The notes under the pieces: model-generated
Database searches by the model: none
What the model was told of the DNA's origin: nothing
Seen by the model: only the letters and a program-made list of their open reading frames with translations
Shown: positions 1 through 9,382 of the stretch, in pieces
Layout of the letters: every line of letters begins with the position of its first letter
Numbering within the stretch: the stretch's first letter is position 1
Made by a program: the position numbers and the translations under genes
IMG/VR virus record: IMGVR_UViG_3300028822_000225
Location: 1 to 55,818 of that record
Reading direction: 5' to 3' (one strand)
DNA length: 55,818 bases
From: a virus
Lineage: Duplodnaviria; Caudoviricetes

Positions 1-144
1 CGGCGACTTCTCCAAACCCTAATATTAAACAAACTTCAGAAGAAAAATGAATAAAGAAAAAACAAAAAAACTTTATTTAAGAGAACTAAAGATACCCAGA
101 AAATTTACTTATGATGTTTCTTTAGATATAATTGAAAAAGATTA
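1..144. repeat. Terminal direct repeat, copy 1 (circular overlap)
   Basis: 1..144 is identical to 55675..55818, and the sequence reads continuously across the join. Confidence 0.97.
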
Positions 145-235
145 TTCTGAATTAAAAGAAGATAAGAAATATATTGAAAAAATTATGTTTGCTGAAAGTG
201 TTAGATATTTTGAATTAAAAGGAGTAAGAGTATAA
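47..235 (+). CDS. Hypothetical protein
   Basis: ORF whose ATG overlaps the methyltransferase stop (ATGA) in the circular view. Confidence 0.65.
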   Translation: MNKEKTKKLYLRELKIPRKFTYDVSLDIIEKDYSELKEDKKYIEKIMFAESVRYFELKGVRV

Positions 236-389
236 TGACAAAAGAAACACTACAATTCGAAATAAGTAATTTTTGTGATAACTGCAAAGAGTATGGAACA
301 GTTTATTATGATTACTTACTTGAAAAATATTGGTGTAAAAATTGTAAGAAAGAATCAAATAAAGATTTCACAACAAGGTATAGGAGAAA

Positions 390-950
390 ATGAGAACATT
401 TGTGGTTTTAGGTGTTCCTCGTGGGGGAACAAGTATGATTGCTGGTTTACTTAGAATTTTCGGTATTCATATGGGAGATTATGTTGATGATACTAAACAT
501 GAGGCTCTTGAATTTGCTGGTTTAACTGTTGATGAGTGTATTGATTTGATTGAAATTAGGAATATTCGTGACGAAGATTGGGGTTGGAAGGAACCATGGA
601 TAGGTCTAATACTTAATGATATACATAATTCTTTTGCTAATCCACACTATATTTATATTTCAAGAGACTTAATTGCTTGTTTGAATAGTGATTTGAGACA
701 TAATGATACTTTTAAAGAAAGAGAGAACGCAGAGTCGTTTATCTGGAATAGGAACCTACACTTAGTTAATGAGATGAATAAGGTACTTAGATATGCAGAT
801 AAGAAACTACTATTGAGTTACGAGGAAAGTTTAAAAAGACCAGAAAATTTAATAGAACAACTTGAAACCTTTATTGGTAAAAAACTCTCTAAAGATAAGA
901 GGGAACAAGCAATTAAATTCATAAAACCAGGATATAGGAAAATAAAATGA
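390..950 (+). CDS. Sulfotransferase-family protein (P-loop, PAPS-binding)
   Basis: VVLGVPRGGTS 5'-PSB loop, WGWKEP, ISRD..ACLNS, and LSYEESLKRPE motifs. Confidence 0.8.
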   Translation: MRTFVVLGVPRGGTSMIAGLLRIFGIHMGDYVDDTKHEALEFAGLTVDECIDLIEIRNIRDEDWGWKEPWIGLILNDIHNSFANPHYIYISRDLIACLNSDLRHNDTFKERENAESFIWNRNLHLVNEMNKVLRYADKKLLLSYEESLKRPENLIEQLETFIGKKLSKDKREQAIKFIKPGYRKIK

Positions 951-1098
951 AAAAAGCTAAATTTGGATGTGAACCATTATATAGGGAGGGAGACAAGTTT
1001 AGGGTTGTTAAAAAAAACAAAGACCCCAACCTTATGCCTATAGAAGCCCTACATTTGAGAACTAAACAAGTTTATGGATTTGAGGAGGATGAATTAGA

Positions 1099-1287
1099 AT
1101 GAATGAAAATAACTACTCAGGAGGAATTGGATTTTTAGGACTGCTTGGATTGTTATTCATAGGACTTAAATTAACTGGATACATTACATGGAGTTGGTGG
1201 TATGTGCTTATGCCTTTGTGGGGACCAATAGCGTTAGTAATATTTGTATTAATGATATTAATTGGGATAAATTTAATAAGGAGTTAA
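1099..1287 (+). CDS. Small 2-TM viral membrane protein
   Basis: LFIGLKLTGYITWSWWYVLMPLW resembles a widespread phage membrane family (Fragile-X-F-like TM). GGAGG lies upstream. Confidence 0.7.
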   Translation: MNENNYSGGIGFLGLLGLLFIGLKLTGYITWSWWYVLMPLWGPIALVIFVLMILIGINLIRS

Positions 1288-1288
1288 A

Positions 1289-1684
1289 ATGAGAAAAGGA
1301 AATTTCGTAAATTTAAATGATGCAATTCCACCTGAGGACCAAAAATTAAGAGATAGCGTTCAAAAAACTAAACACACGGAGGAAAAAGTTATGCAGACGA
1401 AATCAAGATACGAAGTAATCTCAGACCTTGAACAGCAAAAGAGAAATCTTATCAAGGAAAGAGATGGTCTTAAAGACGCTTTGAAAGAGAAGGAAAAGGA
1501 TATTAAGGACCTTGAGAGAAAGAAAAGCGATACTGTCTTGTATTTAGATAGACAGATTGAGGATGCCAAAGACGACCTTGAAAACTTCCAGAAAACACTA
1601 GAAGAAAGAAAGGAAACAATTAGTGAACTTATCAAGGGTGTTGATGAGAGTCTTCAAAGATTTAATGAAATGCAGCAGAAATAG
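1289..1684 (+). CDS. Coiled-coil protein
   Basis: Charged heptad-rich sequence. An alternative start at about 1391 has GGAGG upstream. Confidence 0.65.
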   Translation: MRKGNFVNLNDAIPPEDQKLRDSVQKTKHTEEKVMQTKSRYEVISDLEQQKRNLIKERDGLKDALKEKEKDIKDLERKKSDTVLYLDRQIEDAKDDLENFQKTLEERKETISELIKGVDESLQRFNEMQQK

Positions 1685-1727
1685 TTGCATTTCTTTTTAT
1701 ACTCTTCAGAAAACAAAATCAAAAATT

Positions 1728-1842
1728 TGACCCCCACCTGAGGAGATGCCCACTGTCGGGCTACCTTAATAAGATGGATAAGGTATAGTGCCTTAAACAG
1801 GTACATTTATATATCATAAATCGTTTCAAAGTGGGGGATTCA
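1728..1842 (+). ncRNA. Candidate structured RNA (multibranch junction)
   Basis: GC-rich intergenic island. Outer stem CCCCCAC/GTGGGGG encloses four hairpins: GCCC/GGGC, TACCTTA/TAAGGTA, GTGCCT/AGGTAC and ATTTAT/ATAAAT. Confidence 0.55.
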
Positions 1843-1852
1843 TACTCAAAAA

Positions 1853-2077
1853 ATGGACGAAGAATTTGCACAAGAACAGTTTAGAAAGTATTTGAAGAAA
1901 GTAGAAGAAATTTCGGATTTGAAAAATTATATTAAAAAATTAAAGAATACCATAACTGTTTTAGAAGAAGAAAACACAGAATTGAGGAAAGAAAATAAAA
2001 AAATGGGTAAAGAGATAGAAGAATGGATGAAAATATCTCCAAATTGCCATGCTGACCCAGATAGAAAAAATGAATAA
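1853..2077 (+). CDS. Small coiled-coil protein
   Basis: ORF coupled to the next gene. Confidence 0.6.
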   Translation: MDEEFAQEQFRKYLKKVEEISDLKNYIKKLKNTITVLEEENTELRKENKKMGKEIEEWMKISPNCHADPDRKNE

Positions 2078-2330
2078 AAAAGATAAAGAAAAAATAAAAA
2101 GACTAGCAGAAATCCTATATTTTGAAAAAGGAGTGGAGGAGATTAAATTTCTCCCCTTTCTTAGAAATGGCTATCCTAACTGGGTTAGTAAGTTATTTTA
2201 TAATCCAAAAAGAGATTATGTTGGTAAGTGGATAGAAGAAAAGGGAGAAGAAATTAAGGATATTATTTTTGCCTTAGCTGTTGAGGGAGATGTTGATTCT
2301 ATTTTAAGGGAGTTGGAAAAAAATGAGTGA
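2070..2330 (+). CDS. Hypothetical protein
   Basis: Track ORF 2049..2330. The ATG at 2070 overlapping the upstream gene end is the likelier start. Confidence 0.55.
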   Translation: MNKKDKEKIKRLAEILYFEKGVEEIKFLPFLRNGYPNWVSKLFYNPKRDYVGKWIEEKGEEIKDIIFALAVEGDVDSILRELEKNE

Positions 2331-3336
2331 AATTTTTGGACAAGACAAGATATTTAGTCATGTAGATAAAATACACAATTGGCTAGAAGGAGACCCAAAT
2401 ACATTAATCACTATGGAGATGGACCCAACAGATAATTGTAATAACAATTGTCCAGGGTGTGCAGGGGGGAGAACAGGCCAATCATCCTTAACATTGGAAG
2501 AAATGACTGGTTACATTGACCAGATGAAAGATATTGATGTTAGAGGTCTTATTTTTTCAGGGGGAGGTGAACCCTTAGTTAATCCATCTACGCATAAGGC
2601 TATTTCTCATGCTAGAATGTCTGGATTGGATGTTGGTTTTATAACTAATGGTCTTGCTTTAAAAGAGGATTTATATGATACTCTCCTAAATGATTGTACA
2701 TGGATTAGATTTAGTTTAGATGCTGGAACCCCTGAGATGTATAAACAAACTCATGGGATGAATGAAAGAGCCTTTAATAAGGTTCTTGAAAACATTAGAG
2801 GGATTTCTAGTCGTAAAAAAGAAATTGGTTCTGATTGTACATTGGGAGTTGGTTATCTTGCAGGTAAGGAAACTTTGGGTGATATGGTTAATTTCGCAAG
2901 AATAAGCAGCGAATTAGGTGTAGACTATGCACAATTTAGACCCTTTCATAGAGACCGTACTTCAATAGCTCCAGAACTTGCTAAGTCAAAGAAATATGAA
3001 AGAGATGATTTCAAAGTACTTCATTCTGCACAGAAATATAAACATTTTTTAGAGGAAAACCCCAGACCATATAATGAATGTCATGGAGTTAATTTTGCTT
3101 CAGTAATCCAAGCTGATTCAAATTTGACTACTTGCTGTCACATGAGGGGGAAACCTAAGTATTACTTAGGCAATCTAAAAGAAAATACACTTAGGGAAAT
3201 ATGGGAATCGGATAAGAAAAAAGAAGTTTTTGAAAATATTGATTTTAATGATTGTGTTCCTTACTGTAGATGCGATTCGTTCAATAGGGTACTTTATGAT
3301 ATTAAACAAGAAAAGACACATAAGAATTTTTTATAA
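2323..3336 (+). CDS. Radical SAM protein with SPASM/twitch domain
   Basis: CNNNCPGC (CX3CX2C), SGGGEP, ITNG and SLDAG motifs. C-terminal C...TCC...LGNL....L.EIW...C..C.C. Confidence 0.93.
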   Translation: MSEIFGQDKIFSHVDKIHNWLEGDPNTLITMEMDPTDNCNNNCPGCAGGRTGQSSLTLEEMTGYIDQMKDIDVRGLIFSGGGEPLVNPSTHKAISHARMSGLDVGFITNGLALKEDLYDTLLNDCTWIRFSLDAGTPEMYKQTHGMNERAFNKVLENIRGISSRKKEIGSDCTLGVGYLAGKETLGDMVNFARISSELGVDYAQFRPFHRDRTSIAPELAKSKKYERDDFKVLHSAQKYKHFLEENPRPYNECHGVNFASVIQADSNLTTCCHMRGKPKYYLGNLKENTLREIWESDKKKEVFENIDFNDCVPYCRCDSFNRVLYDIKQEKTHKNFL

Positions 3337-3337
3337 A

Positions 3338-3907
3338 ATGATTTACTTTATACATATACCAAGAACAGGCGGTGGAAGTTTAACCAAAGCCATTGAAGAT
3401 AATAATGCGAACATTAAGAGAATAGGGCATAACACTTATAATCCAAAATGGAAATCCGCAAATGATATTTTGGAAGAAGAACAAGGGGCAGAGTTTTTTA
3501 CAATCCTTAGAAATCCTTATGATAGGATAATTTCTGTTTATAAGGCATTAAAGTTTAATCCGGGTACTAGTGATATGGAATTTTATAAAAAATATATGAA
3601 AAAATATAATAATATTAATGAATTTGTGGACGATTTGGATTTCTTAATTAAAAATACAAACAATCCCCACATTAAACCACAAACTTTCTTCATCCCAATG
3701 GAAGAATCGATAGGAATATTTTTTTATGAGAAGATGGAAATGCTTAAAGAATTTTTAGATATTTTTGATAGTAATATATTTAATTCTTTTAAAAGTGCTA
3801 AAAGGCATTTATCTCCTAAGAAAGATATTCAATTAAATGAGGAATCTAAAAAAAAGATAGCAAAGATTTATGAAATAGATTTTGCTTTCGGGGGTTATCA
3901 AAAATGA
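3338..3907 (+). CDS. Sulfotransferase family 2 protein
   Basis: FIHIPRTGGGS, FTILRNPYDRIISVY, HIKPQ and YEIDF..GGY motifs. Start moved to the in-frame ATG at 3338, just after the radical SAM stop. Confidence 0.88.
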   Translation: MIYFIHIPRTGGGSLTKAIEDNNANIKRIGHNTYNPKWKSANDILEEEQGAEFFTILRNPYDRIISVYKALKFNPGTSDMEFYKKYMKKYNNINEFVDDLDFLIKNTNNPHIKPQTFFIPMEESIGIFFYEKMEMLKEFLDIFDSNIFNSFKSAKRHLSPKKDIQLNEESKKKIAKIYEIDFAFGGYQK

Positions 3908-4908
3908 AATTTAAAATAATTGGAGCTGGGTTGACAGGGTTAACAATAGCTAGAATTATGCAAGATGCAGGACATAATGTTACTGTATTTGAGAAAGGTG
4001 AAAATATTGGTGGGCTTTGTAGAGATGTTAAAGAGAGAAAGTCAGGGGTTTGGTATAATCCACACGGAGTTCACATTATGCATTTCAGAGAATCAGATAA
4101 AGAGGCACTCTCATTCATTAAAAAACATGTTAGATTGATTAGTTACAATCACAGAGTCCTGATGCTTGGTAAGGGAACTTTTGGATATTTCCCTCCTAAT
4201 GAATTGTCTCAAGAATTATATAATATTACTAATCCCAGAGATTCTTTCTTTAAGGAATTCATAAAATCTTATTCTAAAAAAATGTGGGGATTAAAATGGA
4301 ATATAATAAAGAAGAAAATTAGTAATAGATTTGCTTTCCAGAACAAGAGAAATTATTCTTTCTTCGGAAGTGAAAAAGTCTTTGTACCAGAAAATTATAC
4401 TAAATTATTTGAAAACCTTTCTAAAGGAATTAAGATAAAATTTGGGAATAGGGTTGATGTTACAGACTACAAATTAGATAAAGAGAAATCTATTTATATC
4501 ATAACATCTCCAATTGATGAATTCTTTTTAAATTGTTATGGTAAATTGAGTTGGAGAGGTATAGAAATTGGAAATCATTTAATCAAAACGAATGAAAATA
4601 TTTTACCTGAAGCAGTAGTAAATACAAATAAACATCCTAAACTACTTAGAATGGTTGAATATAACCAATTACCTCATAATAGGAAAAGTACAGGATATAG
4701 TATAATCTCTTTAGAATATCCTTCTAAAAAAGAGAATCTTTGTTATCCTATCCCAACTAAAAGTAATGAACGAAAGTTAAATAAATACTTAGAGCTTTCT
4801 AAAAGTTATGAAGATATTTACTTTGTTGGGAGGCTTGGGGAATACAAGTATAAAAACATGAATGAAGCGATTGCAGATGCTATTAAATTTTGTGAGAAAT
4901 TCAAATGA
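3904..4908 (+). CDS. glf: UDP-galactopyranose mutase-like flavoprotein
   Basis: GAGLTG FAD motif, IGGLCRD, HGVHI.H, PIDEFF, YP.P and GRLGEYKYKNMNEAI. Confidence 0.85.
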   Translation: MKFKIIGAGLTGLTIARIMQDAGHNVTVFEKGENIGGLCRDVKERKSGVWYNPHGVHIMHFRESDKEALSFIKKHVRLISYNHRVLMLGKGTFGYFPPNELSQELYNITNPRDSFFKEFIKSYSKKMWGLKWNIIKKKISNRFAFQNKRNYSFFGSEKVFVPENYTKLFENLSKGIKIKFGNRVDVTDYKLDKEKSIYIITSPIDEFFLNCYGKLSWRGIEIGNHLIKTNENILPEAVVNTNKHPKLLRMVEYNQLPHNRKSTGYSIISLEYPSKKENLCYPIPTKSNERKLNKYLELSKSYEDIYFVGRLGEYKYKNMNEAIADAIKFCEKFK

Positions 4909-4926
4909 GAACTAATATTCAGGGGA

Positions 4927-5008
4927 GTGTGCAGGAAGTAAAAACCTTGAAAAATCTTTCTAAGAAAGTTTCATTTATCGTTGGTGTATTGTTTCCTTCC
5001 TCGCACAC
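4927..5008. repeat. Bulged stem-loop element, copy A
   Basis: GTGTGCAGGAAG (4927-4938) pairs with CTTCCT-C-GCACAC (4996-5008) around a 57-nt loop. The arms are identical to copy B. Confidence 0.85.
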
Positions 5009-5019
5009 ATTGATTTAAA

Positions 5020-5145
5020 ATGAAAGATAAAAAAAGAAAAGAATTACTTGAATGGAAATATCATAAAGCATTACAACTTAAACAATATGATAGAGCAAAG
5101 GTGTATTTAAAATTATTAAAAGAATTGGAGGAAAAAGAAGAATGA
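5020..5145 (+). CDS. Small 41-aa protein ending in the ELEEKEE junction motif
   Basis: Translated by hand: MKDKKRKELLEWKYHKALQLKQYDRAKVYLKLLKELEEKEE. The stop overlaps the next ATG. Confidence 0.55.
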   Translation: MKDKKRKELLEWKYHKALQLKQYDRAKVYLKLLKELEEKEE

Positions 5146-5405
5146 GTAAAATAAAAACTATAAAAGATTTGAAAGAGGATATTATGTATTTTGATTTTAG
5201 AAAAGAAACATTTAAACACCCTCATTATAAAAGAAAAGATGAAGAAGAATTTAAAGAAAGATTTACAGCGGGAACGATGAATATAGTTTCAGTAGAAGAA
5301 CTAAAAGAAGAAGCAATTAAGTGGGTTAAGGAGTTTAGACATCAGGGGAATTGGGAAGAGAAGTTCATTCGTTTCTTTAATCTCACAGGGGAGGATTTGG
5401 AATGA
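5142..5405 (+). CDS. Paralogue family member (KTLKD...EAIKW...FFN.T.EDL)
   Basis: Shares N- and C-terminal motifs with the ORFs at 9704, 49775 and 52340. Confidence 0.75.
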   Translation: MSKIKTIKDLKEDIMYFDFRKETFKHPHYKRKDEEEFKERFTAGTMNIVSVEELKEEAIKWVKEFRHQGNWEEKFIRFFNLTGEDLE

Positions 5406-6739
5406 AAACACTTGTAGTTGCTAAATATAATGAGGATACCAAATGGACAAGAGATTTTGAAAATGTAGAGATAATTCATAAGGGAGTGGATTTACCTAAT
5501 TTTGGAAGAGAACAACATACTTTCCTTTGGTATATTGTGAATAATTATGAGGAACTTAATGGATATTATTTCTTTGTTCAAGGAAATCCTTTTGACCATT
5601 GTGAGGATTTAAAGGAAGTTTATGAAACTCGTTTAGAAAAGAAATGGACACCTTTAGGGAAGAAACTGGGAAGTAAAAAAGGGGAACGTATTTGTGAATT
5701 GGATGGGAGACCACATCATGGAACAGGAAATTTAAAAATTAAAGAATTCTTATCAGATATTGGGATAAATTATAATCGTAATTTGATTAAATTCTATGCT
5801 GGAGGGCAATATTCTATTCATTCTAGTGAGATAAAAAAGAAACCGAAAGAATATTATGAAAAAGTTCTTAATTTATTTGATAAATATGGAGAAAAGGCAG
5901 GATATATCTTAGAAAGAGTTATGCAATTTGTATTTAATTGGAAGGAATTTGAACATTATGTTGTTACTAGATTTGCTTACCCAACCAATTATCCTTATTT
6001 TGAAGAGAGAAAAAGGATTTTCAAATTATTTTTAATTGAATGTTTAAAAGAACAGACTAATAAAAACTTTAAATTTATAATAATTGGAAACGATAAAACA
6101 CATGAATTAGAAGAAGAACTAAAAGGAATTAATTATCAAATCTTACATGAGGGCTTGGGATTTGTTAAAGAAAAACCTTTAGAAGTTTTCGACCTTCAAT
6201 GTAATTATCTTATAACTACAAGATTTGATGATGATGATTTAGTTCACCCAGAATTTGTGGGAAAGATTCAAGAATTATTCAAAAAATTAGATTATCTTTC
6301 TCCCTATGTAATAGATTTTAAGGGTTTTAGATATGATATGAGAAATCGTAAGGCCTATAAAGTTACTGAGTATGACCCTAGAACTGGTTGGGGAACTTCT
6401 CCTTTCTTAACTTTTGTTGAAAAAGCAGATATAGAAAACATAAAGACTTGTGTCTACCTTAAACATGGGCATATGGGACATAATTTCCATTTACACTATG
6501 TGGACCAAGAATATTGGATTCAGGTTGCACACCATCTTAACATTTCAAACAACAAATTGCCTCGCTTATTTAAATATCCTGAAGTTAAGGAAAGACTCTA
6601 TTTTTCTAAATATATAAAATTCTTACTTGAAAATTTTAATTTAGTTGATTATAGTGATGTTGTTATCACTAATGAATACTTGAAAAAGATTAAAAAAGAG
6701 AAGGATTATTTAGATAAAGAAATTACTAAAGAAAAATGA
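5402..6739 (+). CDS. DUF3431-like domain fused to a putative GT-A (rhamnosyltransferase-like) domain
   Basis: N-terminal LVVAKYNED..W, PNFGRE.HTFL.YIV.NY and FFVQGNPFDH. C-terminal HYVVTRF, CLKEQTNKNF and TTRFDDDD. Confidence 0.75.
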   Translation: MKTLVVAKYNEDTKWTRDFENVEIIHKGVDLPNFGREQHTFLWYIVNNYEELNGYYFFVQGNPFDHCEDLKEVYETRLEKKWTPLGKKLGSKKGERICELDGRPHHGTGNLKIKEFLSDIGINYNRNLIKFYAGGQYSIHSSEIKKKPKEYYEKVLNLFDKYGEKAGYILERVMQFVFNWKEFEHYVVTRFAYPTNYPYFEERKRIFKLFLIECLKEQTNKNFKFIIIGNDKTHELEEELKGINYQILHEGLGFVKEKPLEVFDLQCNYLITTRFDDDDLVHPEFVGKIQELFKKLDYLSPYVIDFKGFRYDMRNRKAYKVTEYDPRTGWGTSPFLTFVEKADIENIKTCVYLKHGHMGHNFHLHYVDQEYWIQVAHHLNISNNKLPRLFKYPEVKERLYFSKYIKFLLENFNLVDYSDVVITNEYLKKIKKEKDYLDKEITKEK

Positions 6740-7608
6740 TAAGTGTAATTACTTGTGTTTGGAACAGAGAGAATGAAAGGATACAAAACTGTATAGATTA
6801 TTTAAAAGACCAAGTAGACGAGATAATAGTTGTCGATTATGGAAGTGATGAACCTATAAAAATTAATAATGCTAAAATAATTAGGTATGATAAAAATCCT
6901 GTATTTAATAAATCTCATGCACTAAATTTAGGAATTAAGGCTGCCAAAAATAAATTTATTATGTGTGTAGATTGTGATATGATTATTCCCGAAGATGTGG
7001 TTTCTGATATAAAAAACACTTTGATAGACGATGCAACTTTTATAATAAATACAAATGTTAATAGGATAAATAAGGGGGACATTGGTAATTGGGATAAGGC
7101 TTTCCCTTGGCATAAGGAAAATATTGGTATGAATCGTGCGAGGTCCTCTGCAAATGGGGGGATGCAAGTATTTTCAAAAGAATGGGTAGAAGAAATTCAT
7201 GGATATGATGAACAATTCATACTATTGGGATGTATGGATAATGATATGGTGAATAGGGCTGTTTTCAGTGAAATGAGAATAATTGATGTTAATATGCCTA
7301 TATATCATCAAGAACATGAAAAGAAGAAGGGAGATGTTTTTGGTAAAGAAAATGAGGAGAAAGTTAACTTTATCACAAACGAGAAACTGCATTACTACAT
7401 AGAAAAAACAAATAATATGATTGTAAAAAATCCAGGTCCTTGGGGAGAAGATGAACCAAATCAAGATAAATTCATAAGTTTATGGACTAATTGGGATGAA
7501 ACATTTCCTGCATTACAAGACAAACGTGAAAAAATGCTTCAAGAAATTAAAAATTTTATAATTGAAAAAAAAATACCTATAAAAAAAATGGATGTGAAAT
7601 GGAAATAA
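6736..7608 (+). CDS. Glycosyltransferase family 2
   Basis: ISVI, EIIVVDYGSD, FNKSHALNLGI, DCD (DxD motif), GYDEQF..GCMDND and HQEH. Confidence 0.9.
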   Translation: MISVITCVWNRENERIQNCIDYLKDQVDEIIVVDYGSDEPIKINNAKIIRYDKNPVFNKSHALNLGIKAAKNKFIMCVDCDMIIPEDVVSDIKNTLIDDATFIINTNVNRINKGDIGNWDKAFPWHKENIGMNRARSSANGGMQVFSKEWVEEIHGYDEQFILLGCMDNDMVNRAVFSEMRIIDVNMPIYHQEHEKKKGDVFGKENEEKVNFITNEKLHYYIEKTNNMIVKNPGPWGEDEPNQDKFISLWTNWDETFPALQDKREKMLQEIKNFIIEKKIPIKKMDVKWK

Positions 7609-7862
7609 AAAAGAGAAAATCAACCTATACTCTGGGGGAAAAGGTAAAATTTTACATAGCTCTTAAATTGAATAAAAACCCTGAATATTGTTGGATGAAT
7701 TTGGTTTTATGGGTATTAGGTTATAGAAGTTTTTGGAGTTTGTTTTTTAAAAATCACCCTGAAAATGATTATAAAGACCAATCTTGCAGAGAAGATAATA
7801 TTTATTGTCCTTATGCTTATTGTGGTAAATGTGAAGAAACAGGGAGGTTTTATAATAAATGA
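7599..7862 (+). CDS. Hypothetical protein with C-terminal cysteines
   Basis: Overlaps both neighbours. Contains C...C..YCGKC. Confidence 0.6.
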   Translation: MEIKKRKSTYTLGEKVKFYIALKLNKNPEYCWMNLVLWVLGYRSFWSLFFKNHPENDYKDQSCREDNIYCPYAYCGKCEETGRFYNK

Positions 7863-8518
7863 AAAAGAAAATCCTTATAGCAATCATAAGTAATAGAAGT
7901 GCTTGGTCTAAACATTTTTCTATGAGTTTGGTTAATTTAATCCATGAAACAAGAATGAAACACAACATTGAATGGATTAATGTTTCTAGTTGTGATGTTA
8001 ATTATATGAGAAATCGTGCATGTCTTATTGCTCAGGCTAAAGGGAATGAGGCTCGGGAATGGAATTATGATTATATTGTTATGTTAGATGATGACCACAT
8101 TTATCCTGAAGATTTCATTAATAAATTTGTGGATTATGATTTACCTGTAGTCACCGGATGCACTAGTCAAAGAACCCCCCCATACAAACAGACTCAATAT
8201 AAACAAATAAAAGGGATTGGGATGAAAGATGAAGAAAATATTGTTAATCCTAAAGAAACTGAGGGGTTAGTTCAAATAGATGCTAGTGGGCCTGTAGGGA
8301 TGTGTATTAAGACAGAAGTCCTTGAAAAAATGAAATATCCTTATTTCGAACAGATTAATCTAAATAATAGTCCAAGTATCCGTGGTGGAGATATTCAATT
8401 TTGTCAACAATTAAAAGAATTAGAAATACTTCTTTATTTGGATAGTTCAGTATCATTTCCCCATTGTGCGGGAGATACATTATATGCAGATAGAGGGCAA
8501 GTTCATTATCACCCATAA
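7859..8518 (+). CDS. GT-A fold glycosyltransferase-like protein
   Basis: MRN..C, YIVMLDDD, VVTG, G.GM.IK.EV, YPYF and GGDIQFC motifs. Confidence 0.8.
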   Translation: MKKKILIAIISNRSAWSKHFSMSLVNLIHETRMKHNIEWINVSSCDVNYMRNRACLIAQAKGNEAREWNYDYIVMLDDDHIYPEDFINKFVDYDLPVVTGCTSQRTPPYKQTQYKQIKGIGMKDEENIVNPKETEGLVQIDASGPVGMCIKTEVLEKMKYPYFEQINLNNSPSIRGGDIQFCQQLKELEILLYLDSSVSFPHCAGDTLYADRGQVHYHP

Positions 8519-8752
8519 TACTCAAAACCAATAAAATGGAGTTCACAACTATTGTTCACCAAATTTCATGTAAGTGTTCTTAGTATTCTAGAAATTAGGC
8601 TACTAAGCAAAAAAATAGGAGTAAATTGGTTTTGTCTTAATCGTCGATATATTAAAAAAATGGATAAAAAAATGGATAAAAGGCTTAAAATTAAAAAAAC
8701 AATAAAATGGTTAGAAAAACCTAAGAGTTGTGAACAACAGTTGTGAACTAAA

Positions 8753-9043
8753 ATGTCTCAAAAAAAGTATTTAAGAACAAGTATTAACTTCGGAAAAAGA
8801 GGAGAATTATCTAGAGAAATTGTAGAGAAGATAATTAAGAAAAAAGGGAATGTGGGTCTCTCTGAAGAAATCAGGAAAGCACTTGTAACACACTTTTCGA
8901 ATAAGCCTGAGTTTAAGGAGGCTAAGATTAATTCCTTAATTGAAGAGAGAAAAAAGCTTCACAAAGAATTAAAAAACCTATCTGAGAAACTAAGTAATAA
9001 TGGGGATGATTTAGAAAAACTTGGATATGAGGTAGATTTATGA
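8753..9043 (+). CDS. Putative ribbon-helix-helix regulator with coiled coil
   Basis: RTSINF strand followed by LSEEIRKAL helix. Confidence 0.5.
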   Translation: MSQKKYLRTSINFGKRGELSREIVEKIIKKKGNVGLSEEIRKALVTHFSNKPEFKEAKINSLIEERKKLHKELKNLSEKLSNNGDDLEKLGYEVDL

Positions 9044-9330
9044 GAGAGAAAAAAGAAAGGAAGAAAATATTTGAGAGTTGTGTTGGAAAAGGGAGAGTTG
9101 TAAAAGTGGAAGATGAGCATGAATCCTTTAGATTTTGGAATAAGGGAACAGTGCATAAACCCTGTTATCTTTTTCAAGATGGGAAGGGTGAGGAAAAAAG
9201 AATAATTGACCCTAATATTAAAGAAGGGGATGGACATATTATAGAGAATAAAGAAGTTTCAAATATTAAAAATGCTAAAGAAGTTTTTTCAAAAACAGGA
9301 AGTATACATGAAAATCATTATTTCAAGTAA
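9040..9330 (+). CDS. Hypothetical protein
   Basis: ATGA overlap with the upstream stop. Confidence 0.55.
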   Translation: MREKKERKKIFESCVGKGRVVKVEDEHESFRFWNKGTVHKPCYLFQDGKGEEKRIIDPNIKEGDGHIIENKEVSNIKNAKEVFSKTGSIHENHYFK

Positions 9331-9346
9331 TCACTATAAAGTTAAT

Positions 9347-9363
9347 GGAAAGTTTTATAAATA
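9347..9363 (+). promoter_or_regulatory. Archaeal-type BRE/TATA promoter
   Basis: GGAAAG-TTTTATAAATA about 22 nt upstream of the ATG at 9383, with no SD sequence. Confidence 0.55.
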
Positions 9364-9382
9364 AGTGTTTTTTTAATTAAAA

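Noticed and set aside
1-144. 144-bp end repeat as a biological terminal repeat
   Set aside because: It cuts through a hairpin site and an ORF, so it is more simply an assembler overlap of a circular or permuted genome. True termini need read data.
3230-3337. Hydrophobic N-terminal extension on the second sulfotransferase
   Set aside because: It overlaps the radical SAM gene by over 100 nt from a TTG start. The ATG at 3338 gives the standard family N-terminus.
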